Below the pieces are notes generated by a model, which saw only the letters and a list, made by a program, of their open reading frames with translations, made no database searches and had not been told where the DNA came from. A stretch of DNA of 64,000 nt, taken from NCBI GenBank assembly GCA_027451805.1, contig DAIDIF010000216.1, positions 41,583 through 105,582 on the forward strand, in the 5' to 3' direction. Source of the stretch: Acidobacteriota bacterium (GTDB taxonomy: Bacteria > Acidobacteriota > Terriglobia > Terriglobales > SCQP01). The position numbers were made by a program, and so were the translations under genes. Within the stretch, counting starts at the first letter, position 1. Every line of letters begins with the position of its first letter. Below, piece by piece: positions 26,067-35,675 of the stretch.

Positions 26067-27392
26067 CTACCGCCCTTTGGCGCGGCTGGTGCGGGTTCGG
26101 ATGACGATGGGGGCGCCTTCGAAGCCGAAGGCTTGGCGGAGGCGATTCTCGAGGTAGCGGCGGAAGGCGAAGTGGAGGGCGCGGGCGCGGTCGACGAAGA
26201 GGATGAACTGCGGCGGCGCAGCCGCGACCTGGGAGATGTAGTAGATCTTGACGCGCTGGCCGAGCGGCACGGGGGCGCGCTCGAGGTCGAGCGTGGCCAA
26301 AAAACGATTGAGCGCGGCGGTGGTCACGCGCTGCAGGCGCGCGCGCTCGACACGGGCGATGGCGGCGTACAGCGCCGGAATCCCGGCGCCCCCGCGCGCG
26401 CTGACGAACACCAGCGGCGCATACGCCAGGAACTTCAGCCGCTCCCGCACCCGCTGCTCGTACTCCGCCTTGGTCCGTCCCAGCTGCTGCGCCAGGTCCC
26501 ACTTGTTCGCCACCAGGATGCAGGCCCGCCGCGCTTCGGTGGCGTAGCCGGCGATGGTGGCATCCAGCGCCAGCACCCCGCTTTCGACGGGCTCGCCGGC
26601 GTCGAGCACCACCAGCGCGATATCCGCCTGTTCCAGGTGCTTGCGCGCCATCACCACGCTGAGCTTCTCCGCCATCAGGCGGGTGGCGCCTTTGCGCCGG
26701 ATGCCGGCGGTGTCAATGACGCGGAACCGCGCCCGGCCGCGCTCGATCACCGCATCCACGGCGTCGCGCGTGGTTCCCGCCACGGGCGAGACGATTGCCC
26801 GCTCCTCGCCCAGCAGGCGGTTGAGCAGCGTGCTCTTGCCGACATTCGGGCGCCCCACGATCGCCAGCCGCGTCTCGGACGGCGCCGCCGCCTCCACGCC
26901 CTCCGTCGGCGTGCTGTCCAGATGGGGCAGCGCCGCATCCAGCAGTGCGTCCAGGCCGTCGCCGTGCTCGGCGCTCACCGGATACAACGGCTCCAGTCCC
27001 AGCCGGTGAAACGCCGCCAGCGCGGCTTCGGCATGGCTGCCCTCGATCTTGTTTACTGCCAGCAGCACCGGCTTGCCGGTCTGGCGCAGCCGCTGCGCCA
27101 GTTCCAGGTCGGGCGCCGCCAGTTCGCTCCGGCCGTCCACCACGAACACGATCGCCGCCGCGCCGGCAATCGCCTGGCGCGCCTGGCGGAACACCGCGGC
27201 CGGAATCTCGGCTTCGTCGCCCGGCACCAGCCCGCCGGTATCGGTCACGCCAAATCTCCGCCCGCGCCAGCTCGCCTCGCCGAGAATGCGATCGCGGGTG
27301 ATGCCCGGTTCGTTGCCCACCAGCGCGCGCCGCCGGCCCGTCAGCCGGTTGAAGAGGGTGGATTTGCCCACGTTCGGCCGGCCCACAATCAC
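26067..27392 (-). CDS. der: ribosome-associated GTPase Der (EngA), two G-domains plus KH-like domain
   Basis: 441 aa, GTG start. First P-loop GRPNVGKSTLFNRL, second P-loop GRPNVGKSTLLNRL. Also DTGG/DTAG and NKID/NKWD motifs. Confidence 0.9.
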   Translation of the reverse strand: MIVGRPNVGKSTLFNRLTGRRRALVGNEPGITRDRILGEASWRGRRFGVTDTGGLVPGDEAEIPAAVFRQARQAIAGAAAIVFVVDGRSELAAPDLELAQRLRQTGKPVLLAVNKIEGSHAEAALAAFHRLGLEPLYPVSAEHGDGLDALLDAALPHLDSTPTEGVEAAAPSETRLAIVGRPNVGKSTLLNRLLGEERAIVSPVAGTTRDAVDAVIERGRARFRVIDTAGIRRKGATRLMAEKLSVVMARKHLEQADIALVVLDAGEPVESGVLALDATIAGYATEARRACILVANKWDLAQQLGRTKAEYEQRVRERLKFLAYAPLVFVSARGGAGIPALYAAIARVERARLQRVTTAALNRFLATLDLERAPVPLGQRVKIYYISQVAAAPPQFILFVDRARALHFAFRRYLENRLRQAFGFEGAPIVIRTRTSRAKGR

Positions 27393-27442
27393 CAGGCCGC
27401 CCGCCGCACCCCGCGCCGCGCCCGGCTCGCCGCCGCGGCCGG

Positions 27443-28393
27443 TTATGGCTCGCTCCCCGCCGGTTGCGCGAAGTACCCGGTGCGGGTGCGCACGGTCACC
27501 CCCTTGACCAGAATCTGGATGCGCACGGCGTGGAACGTTCCATTGGGCACAAAGTTGTTGGGGCTGTACGCCACCACGTACTGGTGGCGCAGGTCGTTCA
27601 CGATGGACCGGAACGCGTTCTGCAGATCGCTCGCCTGGGGCGGGAAGTAGCTCCGGCCGCCGGTCTGGTTGGCGAAGCGCCGCATGACGTCGTCCGAATT
27701 GGGGTCCACGCCGGTGGGCTCGGTGCCGATGGTGTAGATCACCGCGCCGGTGTTTTGCGCCATCGCGATCGCCTCGTCGCAGCTATACCGGCTCTGGTCA
27801 TCCGCTCCGTCGCTGATGATGACGATGACGTTGCGATGCTCGCCGCCGGTGGCCAGTCCGCCGAAGTCGTTGTGCGCGCTCTCGAAGACGGCGTCGTACA
27901 GCGCCGTGCCGCCGGAGGGGCGCATGCCCTCGATCGCATCCGCCAGATCCCGAAAATTGTCGGTGTAGGTCTGCTCGATGTGGAGCGAGGTATCGAAGCC
28001 CACCACCATGGCCTTGTCCCGCCCGCGCACCAGCACCGACTGCAGGAAGTCGGTCGCCGCGCGCTGCTCGAACCCCCAGCGCGAGTTGATGCTGTTGCTG
28101 ATATCGATCAGCAGCACGATGCGCAGCGGCAGGTTCCCCTCGGCCACGAAGCGCTGGATCTTCTGCGGCTGGTTGTTGTCGAAGACCCGGATCTGCGACT
28201 GGCGCAGGCCGGAGTAAAAGCGGTGGTGCTTGTCCAGCGCCAGGAACACCAGCGGTACGTTGATGACGTTCTTGACGATGGTGGGCGCAATCTGCTGCGC
28301 CGCCGGGGGATTGCCCGGCGGCTTGGCGGCGGTTTGCGCCGCCGCGGCGGCGCAGCCCAGGATCACCGCAAAGCCGAATGCCCATGCCTTCAT
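27443..28393 (-). CDS. secreted von Willebrand factor type A (VWA) domain protein
   Basis: ORF-track 27443..28768 trimmed to ATG 28393. Signal peptide MKAWAFGFAVILGCAAAAAQ. MIDAS motif LLIDISNSI, then GGTALYDA and IVIISDGADD. Confidence 0.8.
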   Translation of the reverse strand: MKAWAFGFAVILGCAAAAAQTAAKPPGNPPAAQQIAPTIVKNVINVPLVFLALDKHHRFYSGLRQSQIRVFDNNQPQKIQRFVAEGNLPLRIVLLIDISNSINSRWGFEQRAATDFLQSVLVRGRDKAMVVGFDTSLHIEQTYTDNFRDLADAIEGMRPSGGTALYDAVFESAHNDFGGLATGGEHRNVIVIISDGADDQSRYSCDEAIAMAQNTGAVIYTIGTEPTGVDPNSDDVMRRFANQTGGRSYFPPQASDLQNAFRSIVNDLRHQYVVAYSPNNFVPNGTFHAVRIQILVKGVTVRTRTGYFAQPAGSEP

Positions 28394-28413
28394 AGCAGCC
28401 AACCTGTTCCCGA

Positions 28414-29436
28414 TTATACCGCCCGCACTCCGCGCCCCAGCGCCTCGAGCGCTTGCCGCATGTCTTCCGGCAGCGGCGCCACGGCCCGCACCGGCGCGCC
28501 GGTGCGGGGCTGGGTGAATCCCAGCGTGCCGGCATGCAGCATCGGACGCGGCCAAGCGCGGCCCTGGAGCGGCCCGGCGGTGATCGCGCCCGCCGCGCCG
28601 TAGAGCTTGTCGCCCGCTACCGGATGTCCGATCGCCGCCAGATGCACGCGGATCTGGTGGGTCCGTCCGGTGTAAATCCTCACCTCCAGCCATGCATAGC
28701 TGGCGCCCGCCGGGCCCGCCGAGCTGCGCCGGGTCCCGGCGGGCGCGGGCCACCGCTCCCGCACCCAATACGCCGTCCGCGCGCTGCGGCTGTGCCCTGC
28801 GGGGCGTCGGGTGGACATGCGCACGCGGTGCAGGCGGTCGCGGCCAATCGCCAGTTCGATCTCGCCTCGGTCCGCCCGGGGCAGCCCCTGGACCAGCGCC
28901 CAGTAGACCTTCTCCACTTCGCGCTTCTGAAACTGCTGGGCCAAACGCTGGTGGGCGAAGTCGTTGCGCGCAATCACGATCGCGCCGCTGGTCAGCCGAT
29001 CCAGCCGGTGGACGATGCCCGGCCGTGGCGCGCCGCCCGGCGACCGCGACAACTCCGGATAGCGGTGCAGCAGCGCGTTCACCAGTGTCCCCGCCTGGCG
29101 CCCGGCGCCGGGATGCACGGCCATGCCCGCGGGCTTGTTGATCACCGCCAGGTCCTCATCCTCGTACAGGATCTCCAGCGGCACCGCCTCCGGTGCCGGC
29201 CGGGCGGCCGCGGCCCGGACTGCCCGCGCCGCCTCCAGCCAGGCCTCGATGCGGTCGCCCGCCGCCAGCGTCGCGCTCGGCCGCCGGCATTCCTGCCCGT
29301 TCACCCGCACCGCGCCGCCGCGGATCTGCGCCTGCAGTGCCGTTCGGCTCCACTCCGGCACATGCTCGCTCAAGAATCGGTCCAGCCGCAGGCCGTCGTC
29401 GCGGTCGCAGGTCAGCGCCAGCGAGGCCCCGGGCAT
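28414..29436 (-). CDS. rluD: RluA-family 23S rRNA pseudouridine synthase (RluD-like) with S4 domain
   Basis: 340 aa. S4-like N-terminus (RLDRFLSEHVP.WSRTALQAQIRGGAVRVNG). Catalytic motif HRLDRLTSGAIVIAR, plus GRTHQIRVHLA. Confidence 0.85.
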   Translation of the reverse strand: MPGASLALTCDRDDGLRLDRFLSEHVPEWSRTALQAQIRGGAVRVNGQECRRPSATLAAGDRIEAWLEAARAVRAAAARPAPEAVPLEILYEDEDLAVINKPAGMAVHPGAGRQAGTLVNALLHRYPELSRSPGGAPRPGIVHRLDRLTSGAIVIARNDFAHQRLAQQFQKREVEKVYWALVQGLPRADRGEIELAIGRDRLHRVRMSTRRPAGHSRSARTAYWVRERWPAPAGTRRSSAGPAGASYAWLEVRIYTGRTHQIRVHLAAIGHPVAGDKLYGAAGAITAGPLQGRAWPRPMLHAGTLGFTQPRTGAPVRAVAPLPEDMRQALEALGRGVRAV

Positions 29437-29440
29437 GGAC

Positions 29441-30247
29441 TCAGGAGGCGGACGACGCCGCCACCGGCACGCTGCGGTGTGCCTGCACCGCCCAGATGCC
29501 GATCGCCAGCGCGATCATGAACAGGCTGGTGAGCTGCGCGTCGGTCATCAGCCCGTGGAATAGCATCGCCTGGGGTTCGTAAGCGCGCAGAAAATCCACC
29601 AGGAAGCGCACCACGCCGTAGCTGATCAGATAGGTGGCGGTGAGCTGCCCCACGAAGGAGCGCCGCTTTGCCAGTCGCCACAGCACCAGGAAAATCGCCA
29701 GCTCGCAGAACGACTCGATCAACTGGGTGGGATAGAGGGGAATGTTGAGCGGCACCCCCACCGTGGCGTGGGAGTAGGCGTTGGTGAAGGTGATGCCCCA
29801 CCATCCCGTGGTCGGCTTGCCCCAGCAGCAGCCCGCCGAGAAACATCCCAGGCGCCCAATACTATGCCCGATCGCCACTCCCGGCACGACCGCGTCGCCC
29901 ACCGCCAGCCAGGGCAATTTCTGCCGCCAGACATAGAGCGACAGCGTGAGCAGCGCCAGAATCAAGCCGCCGTAGAAGATGCCGGCCGACTGTACGAAGC
30001 CCCAACTGAACAGGCTCCCCGGGTCGTGCAAGTAATAGCGCCAGTCCTGAAACACGAGGAACAACTTCGCCCCCGCAATCGCCGCCAGCGCCAAATACAC
30101 CGCCAAGTTGAAGATTCGCTCCGGATCCAGTCCGAACCGCTTGGCGAAACGGCGCGCGGTGTAAATGCCCACCAGGAATCCGGTGGCCACCAAGAGGCCG
30201 TAAGTGTGCAGCGTGAAGCCGCCGATGCGCATCAGAATTGGGAACAT
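29441..30247 (-). CDS. lgt: prolipoprotein diacylglyceryl transferase
   Basis: 268 aa. Contains IHTYGLLVATGFLVG, GRLGCFSAGCCWGKPT and YPTQLIES, which are Lgt signatures. Confidence 0.9.
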   Translation of the reverse strand: MFPILMRIGGFTLHTYGLLVATGFLVGIYTARRFAKRFGLDPERIFNLAVYLALAAIAGAKLFLVFQDWRYYLHDPGSLFSWGFVQSAGIFYGGLILALLTLSLYVWRQKLPWLAVGDAVVPGVAIGHSIGRLGCFSAGCCWGKPTTGWWGITFTNAYSHATVGVPLNIPLYPTQLIESFCELAIFLVLWRLAKRRSFVGQLTATYLISYGVVRFLVDFLRAYEPQAMLFHGLMTDAQLTSLFMIALAIGIWAVQAHRSVPVAASSAS

Positions 30248-30256
30248 AAAAACAGC

Positions 30257-30796
30257 TCAGGAACCGAAATCCGCCGGCGCGCCGGCAGTCTTGGCCGCGG
30301 CGGGCGCCGCCGCGGGCTCGGCCGGGCGGTCGCGAATGATCTCCCAGACCAGCAGGCCGGCGCCGATCACAATGGCGCTGTCGGCTAGGTTGAAGACCGG
30401 CCAACTGTGCCGACCGGCGTAAAACAGCAAGAAATCCACCACCTGCCCGTGCAGCACGCGGTCGAAGAGGTTGCCGCAGGCCCCGCCCACAATCAGCGCC
30501 ATGGCGTAGCCGGCCCGCGGCGATTGCTTGCTGCGCCACAGCATCGACAACACCGCCAACAGCGCCAGGCTCGACACCGCGATCAGACCATCGCGAAAGG
30601 TGGGCGAGGAGGACTGGAATAGCCCGAACGCCACCCCCGGATTTTCCGCGTGGACGATGCGGAATAGGCCCGGAATGACCGGCAAATCGAAGTTCGCCGG
30701 CAGCTTGTCAATCACGCCCTTGGTCAACTGGTCGGCGAGAAACACGCCCACGCCTACGGCGATGCGGCGAAGGTCGGCGTTGCGCGGCCAAGGCAT
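30257..30796 (-). CDS. lspA: lipoprotein signal peptidase (signal peptidase II)
   Basis: ORF-track 30257..30844 trimmed to ATG 30796, 4 nt after the ileS stop. Contains DQLTKGVI, NPGVAFG, GGACGNLFDRV.HG.VVDF and FNLADSAIVIG. Confidence 0.85.
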   Translation of the reverse strand: MPWPRNADLRRIAVGVGVFLADQLTKGVIDKLPANFDLPVIPGLFRIVHAENPGVAFGLFQSSSPTFRDGLIAVSSLALLAVLSMLWRSKQSPRAGYAMALIVGGACGNLFDRVLHGQVVDFLLFYAGRHSWPVFNLADSAIVIGAGLLVWEIIRDRPAEPAAAPAAAKTAGAPADFGS

Positions 30797-30800
30797 GGGT

Positions 30801-33653
30801 TCAGTGGGCCGTCGCCAGTCCCATGGCGTCCAACGCCTGGACACAGCGGCTGCAAAGACTAGGATACGCCTCCAGCGTTCCCACCTCCGGTTTGTAGTTC
30901 CAGCAGCGTTCGCACTTGGCGCCGCCGGCGCGGTGCACTTTCGCTTCCCGCGTCGCGCCGCCGGCGAGCGCCGTAACCTCCACCTGGGAGACGATGCAAA
31001 GCGCCGCCAGCAGGTCGCGCGCGGCCTCGAGTGGCGCCGCTTCTTCCGCCGGCGCGCACAACTCCAGCCGCGCCTCCAGCCCCGAGCCCAGCCGCTTTTG
31101 CCGCCGGGCTTCCTCCAGCGCCTTCATCGCCAGCTCGCGCCAGGCGAACCAGAGCCTCCAGCGCGCGTCCTCCGCTTCCGTCTGCAGTTCCAGCCAGGGC
31201 CGCACCGGTGCATAGGTTTCCAGATGCACGCTGGCGGCATTCGATTCCGCCCAACCGGAAGCCAGCATCTGCTGCCAGACCTCTTCCGCGGTGAAGGCCG
31301 CCAGCGGCGCCGCCAGGCGCACCAGCGCGCCCAGCACCTTCCAGAGCGCCGTCTGCGCGCTGCGCCGCGCCGCATCGCCGGGCGCGGAAGCGTACAGTCG
31401 GTCCTTGAGCACGTCCAGATACACGGCGCTCAGCTCCACCGCGCAAAAATCGGCCAGCCGCCGGTAGGCGCGGTGAAACCCAAATTCGGCATACTCGTGT
31501 TCGACGTCCAAGGCCATGCGCGCGGTTTCAGCCAGCAGCCGGCGGTCGAGCGGGGCCAGCTCCGGCAGGGGCAGCGCGTCCCGTTCGGGCGCGAAGCCGT
31601 GCAGGTTGCCCAACAGGTAGCGCAGCGTGTTGCGCAGTTTGCGGTAAGCCTCCGCCACCCGCTGCAGCAGGTCGGGCGAGAGGCTGACTTCCTCGCGGAA
31701 ATCGCTGCTCGCGACCCACAGCCGCAGGATGTCGGCGCCGTGCGCGCCCACGATCGCGTCGGGCTCGATCGCGTTGCCCAGCGATTTGTGCATCGTTCGC
31801 CCTTGCGTGTCCACTACCCAGCCATGGGTCAGCGTCTGCCGGTACGGCGCCGCGCCGCGGGTGCCGACGGCCACCAGCAAGGAGCTCTGGAACCAGCCGC
31901 GATACTGGTCGCCGCCCTCCAGGTACAGGTCGGCCGGGAAGGGAAGCCCGAACCCGCCCTCGGCCTGAGGCCGCAGCACCGCGGCCTGGCTGCAGCCGGA
32001 CTCGAACCACACGTCCACGATGTCGCGCTCCTGCATGAACCGGCTGCCGCCGCAGGCGGCGCACTGCGCCCCCGGCGCCAGGAAGGCCTCCGGCGGCTGC
32101 GTGAACCAGGCGTCCGCGCCCTGCGTCGCGAAGACCTCCACGATGCGCCGGTCGGTGGCCGCATCGCGCAGGACGCCGCCGCACTGGGTGCAGGCCAACA
32201 CCGGAATCGGCACCCCCCACACGCGCTGCCGCGAGCTGCACCAGTCCGGGCGTTCCGCCACCATTTGGCGGATGCGCTCCTCGCCCCACGCCGGCTGCCA
32301 GCGCACCCCGGCGATCGCCGCCAGCGCGCGCTGGCGCAGGCTCGCCCCCGCGCCCGCCGGCGCGCGGTCGAGCCCGATAAACCATTGTTCGGTGGCGCGA
32401 AAAATCACCGGGTTGTGGCAGCGCCAGCAGTGGGGATACGAGTGCCGCAGCGGCGCCTCGGCGAGTAGCGCGCCGATGGCCCGCAGATGGGCGACGATCG
32501 CCGGGTTGGCGGCGAAAATCGGCTGTCCCTCGAACGGCCGCGATTCCGGCCCGAAGAACCGGCCCTCGGCGTCCACCGGGCACAGCACCGGCAGCTTGTA
32601 CTTCTCGCCGGTGGAGAAATCCTCCGCCCCGTGACCGGGCGCGGTATGCACGATGCCGCTGCCCTGGTCCGTGGTGATGTAGTTCGCCATCACGGCGGGC
32701 TCTTCGCGTTCCAGCCACGGATGCGCAAAGCGCACGCCTTCCATCTCGCTGCCGCGGAAGCGCGCGATCGCGTCCTCGCGGCTCCAGCCCTCACCCAGAG
32801 CGTCGCTCACCGCCTCCAGCCGCGCCGCCGCCAGCAGCAGCGTCGCGCCACTGCGGCTGCGGACGGCCACGTACTCCAGCTCCGGATGGAAGGCCAGCGC
32901 CACGCTCGCCGGCAGCGTCCAGGGCGTGGTTGTCCACACCGCCGCCGCCAACTCCCGCGCATCCGCCTTCGCCGCCAACTCCGCCGGCAGCTTGCCTCCC
33001 GCGTAGCGGTAGCGCACCCACACCGTCGGGCTCTCGTGCTCCTTGTACTCCACCTCGGCTTCGGCCAGCGCCGTGCGGTCGTGTATGCACCAGTACACCG
33101 CGCGCAATCCGCGGTAGGCGTAGCCGGCCTGCAAAAACGCCAGGATCTGCTCGGCAATCGCGGCCTCGTAGCGCGGGCTCATGGTCAGATACGGGTCGTT
33201 CCACTGGCCGAACACCCCCAGTCGCTCGAACCCGCGCTTTTGCAACTCGACATTGTCCCGCGCGTAGGCCTGGCAGCGCTTGCGGATCTCGGCCGCATCG
33301 AGCCCCGCCTTTTGCGGCCCCAACATCTGATCCACCTTGATCTCGATCGGCAGCCCGTGGCAGTCCCAGCCCGGCACGTAGGGCGAGTCGAAACCCGCCA
33401 TCGTCTTCGACTTGACGATGAAGTCCTTGAGCACCTTGTTCAGCGCCGTGCCTAAGTGGATGGCGCCATTGGCGTAAGGCGGCCCATCGTGCAGCAGAAA
33501 CAACGGCCGCCCGGCACGCGCGGCGCGGATGCGGCCATAGATGTCCATCGCCTTCCACCAGTCCAGCCGCTGCGGCTCGGTCACCGGCAGATCGGCCTTC
33601 ATGGGGAAGGGCGTCGAGGGCAAATTCAGGGTGGATTTATACGAACCGGCCAC
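30801..33653 (-). CDS. ileS: isoleucine--tRNA ligase
   Basis: 950 aa. HIGH motif ([15 protein letters not shown]), KMSKS variant (TMHKSLGN), and a C-terminal zinc cluster CERCW..LCSRC. Confidence 0.95.
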   Translation of the reverse strand: MAGSYKSTLNLPSTPFPMKADLPVTEPQRLDWWKAMDIYGRIRAARAGRPLFLLHDGPPYANGAIHLGTALNKVLKDFIVKSKTMAGFDSPYVPGWDCHGLPIEIKVDQMLGPQKAGLDAAEIRKRCQAYARDNVELQKRGFERLGVFGQWNDPYLTMSPRYEAAIAEQILAFLQAGYAYRGLRAVYWCIHDRTALAEAEVEYKEHESPTVWVRYRYAGGKLPAELAAKADARELAAAVWTTTPWTLPASVALAFHPELEYVAVRSRSGATLLLAAARLEAVSDALGEGWSREDAIARFRGSEMEGVRFAHPWLEREEPAVMANYITTDQGSGIVHTAPGHGAEDFSTGEKYKLPVLCPVDAEGRFFGPESRPFEGQPIFAANPAIVAHLRAIGALLAEAPLRHSYPHCWRCHNPVIFRATEQWFIGLDRAPAGAGASLRQRALAAIAGVRWQPAWGEERIRQMVAERPDWCSSRQRVWGVPIPVLACTQCGGVLRDAATDRRIVEVFATQGADAWFTQPPEAFLAPGAQCAACGGSRFMQERDIVDVWFESGCSQAAVLRPQAEGGFGLPFPADLYLEGGDQYRGWFQSSLLVAVGTRGAAPYRQTLTHGWVVDTQGRTMHKSLGNAIEPDAIVGAHGADILRLWVASSDFREEVSLSPDLLQRVAEAYRKLRNTLRYLLGNLHGFAPERDALPLPELAPLDRRLLAETARMALDVEHEYAEFGFHRAYRRLADFCAVELSAVYLDVLKDRLYASAPGDAARRSAQTALWKVLGALVRLAAPLAAFTAEEVWQQMLASGWAESNAASVHLETYAPVRPWLELQTEAEDARWRLWFAWRELAMKALEEARRQKRLGSGLEARLELCAPAEEAAPLEAARDLLAALCIVSQVEVTALAGGATREAKVHRAGGAKCERCWNYKPEVGTLEAYPSLCSRCVQALDAMGLATAH

Positions 33654-33737
33654 GGTTCATTATATGCGCGGCCTTCCCCCGTACCTTTCCGCAACCTTTC
33701 GGTCCTCGCCGGTGTCTTTCATAAAAGCAGTAGCAGT

Positions 33738-34595
33738 ATGCCCGGCAGTTTGGATTTCAGTTCGCCTCTGCATTCCGCGCCCCTCTGGCGCCAGCTCGCG
33801 CGCGAGGTGCGGGATCGCATCCGCCCGCGCCCCGAGCCGGAGTTGGTGCTCGAGTCACCGCCGGTGCCGGTCAAGGACATCTGGAGCCACGAGCGCAAAG
33901 CCGGCCAGCGCCTCGGTTCGATTGCCATCCACCTCGCCGTCCTCGGCATTCTCCTGCTGCCCTTCTGGAAGCCGGTGCGCGCCGCTGTCGAGCCCCGCGA
34001 CGAGGTGCTGGCCCCGACGCTGCTCGCCCCCGGACCCTCCCTCCCCAAAATGAAGCGCCTGGCCGGCGGCGGCTCGCCCATGCACAAACTCGCCCCGCCC
34101 AAGCTGATGCCAGTGGATGCGCCCAAGCCGCTGGTCGCCCCACCGATCAAGCTCATGCCCGCCACCGCCGCGGCCAACCTGCCCCTGCCCGCCTTCGGCG
34201 ATCCGGGACGCATGGCCGGCCCGCCGGGCACCAGTGCCGGCCATAGCGGCGCCGGTCCGGGAGGTTCGGGCACCGATCCCAACGGCGGCGGGGATTGCGT
34301 TGCAGGCCCTTGTGCCGCTGGCGGCGACATCAGCCAGCCCATCCCGATCTACGAGCCTGACCCGCAGTACTCCGACGCCGCCCGCAAGGCCAAGTTCCAG
34401 GGCACCGTCATTGTCAGCGTCATCATCGGCACCGACGGCCACGTCCACGATCCGCACATTCGCCGTGCCCTCGGCCTTGGGCTCGACGAAAAGGCGCTTG
34501 AGGCGATCAAACTCTGGCGCTTCGAACCCGCCCGCAAGAACGGCCGCCCCGTGCAAGTCGCGGCCAACATCGAGGTCAACTTCCACCTCTACTGA
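33738..34595 (+). CDS. TonB family energy-transducer-like protein (paralog 1)
   Basis: ORF-track 33456..34595 trimmed to ATG 33738. One TM helix (IAIHLAVLGILLLPFW), a Pro-rich spacer, and a TonB-C domain PIYEPDPQYSDAARKAKFQGTVIVSVIIGTDGHV...WRFEPARKNGRPVQV. Confidence 0.75.
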   Translation: MPGSLDFSSPLHSAPLWRQLAREVRDRIRPRPEPELVLESPPVPVKDIWSHERKAGQRLGSIAIHLAVLGILLLPFWKPVRAAVEPRDEVLAPTLLAPGPSLPKMKRLAGGGSPMHKLAPPKLMPVDAPKPLVAPPIKLMPATAAANLPLPAFGDPGRMAGPPGTSAGHSGAGPGGSGTDPNGGGDCVAGPCAAGGDISQPIPIYEPDPQYSDAARKAKFQGTVIVSVIIGTDGHVHDPHIRRALGLGLDEKALEAIKLWRFEPARKNGRPVQVAANIEVNFHLY

Positions 34596-34729
34596 GGCCG
34601 TCGCCTAACGGGTGCGCTTCTGGCCTCCGATCGACGTCCGGCTGTGCTGTACCCTTTGCCATGCTAGACTTCGTATAATCAGGATGGGAGGGCATCCACT
34701 GTGCTCCTCCCGTAGGGGATCGGCACGCA

Positions 34730-35596
34730 ATGGCGGAACAGGTTCCAAAGCCGGACGCGGACGCAGAAGACAATCGCTTTTTGTTAGAGCAGCCTTCTTT
34801 CTTCCAGGTTCTGGGACAGCACCTGAAGGAACTGGTCAAGCCCGAAAAGCAGCCCGAGCTGGTTCTCGAGTCCAAGCCGATTCCGGTGAAGAGCATCTGG
34901 TCGGAGCAGAAGTCCAGCCGTAGCCGCCTCACCGCCATCCTGGTTCACGCCGCCGTGATCGGCGTTCTCCTATTGCCTTTTTGGCGGCCCGTCCGGGTGC
35001 AGATCAAGAAGGTGGTAGACACCCAGATCTTTGTGCCGCAGCCCGAGGTGCAAGTCCGGCTGCCGCGCATGCGTCGCCTGGCCGGCGGGGGCACGCCCAT
35101 CCATGTGCAGGCGCCCAAGCTGATCACCACGCCGCGGCCGGTGCATGTCACGGCACCGACCGCGTTCGTGCCCAACATGAACGAGATGCCGATGCCGTCG
35201 TTCGGTTCCATCGGGCCGGTGAGCGGCCCGCCCGGCGCCGGCGGCGGCACCGGCGGTGGTTCAGGCGGCACCGGCACCGGCTCCGAGGGCGGCACCTGCG
35301 TGGGACCCAATTGCGGCGATGCGGTTGGGGCCGGGCCGGTCCCCATTTACAATCCCGACCCGCAGTACTCCGACGCTGCGCGCAAGGCCAAGTTTCAGGG
35401 CACCTGCGTCGTTCAGATCACGATCGGCGCCGACGGTCGCGTGAGTCATCCAGTCATCGTTCAGCCGCTGGGCTTGGGCCTGGATCAGAAAGCCATCCAG
35501 GCGGTGCTGACCTGGCGCTTCGTCCCCGCCAAAGACAGGAATGGCCGGCCCATGGCCGTCGTCGCCGACGTGCAGCTGAACTTCCACCTGTATTAG
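34730..35596 (+). CDS. TonB family energy-transducer-like protein (paralog 2, tandem duplicate)
   Basis: 288 aa, same architecture as the upstream gene (ELVLESKPIPVKSIW.., VHAAVIGVLLLPFW, PIYNPDPQYSDAARKAKFQGTCVVQITIGADGRV..WRFVPAKDRNGRPM). TATAAT at 34674-79 upstream. Confidence 0.75.
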   Translation: MAEQVPKPDADAEDNRFLLEQPSFFQVLGQHLKELVKPEKQPELVLESKPIPVKSIWSEQKSSRSRLTAILVHAAVIGVLLLPFWRPVRVQIKKVVDTQIFVPQPEVQVRLPRMRRLAGGGTPIHVQAPKLITTPRPVHVTAPTAFVPNMNEMPMPSFGSIGPVSGPPGAGGGTGGGSGGTGTGSEGGTCVGPNCGDAVGAGPVPIYNPDPQYSDAARKAKFQGTCVVQITIGADGRVSHPVIVQPLGLGLDQKAIQAVLTWRFVPAKDRNGRPMAVVADVQLNFHLY

Positions 35597-35675
35597 AACC
35601 GAGCCCGGGGTGCCGGTTTTGCCCAGAGGCGCGTGCGCCTTTTCTGGCGGAATCGCCGCCTTGGCTGGATTTGCT

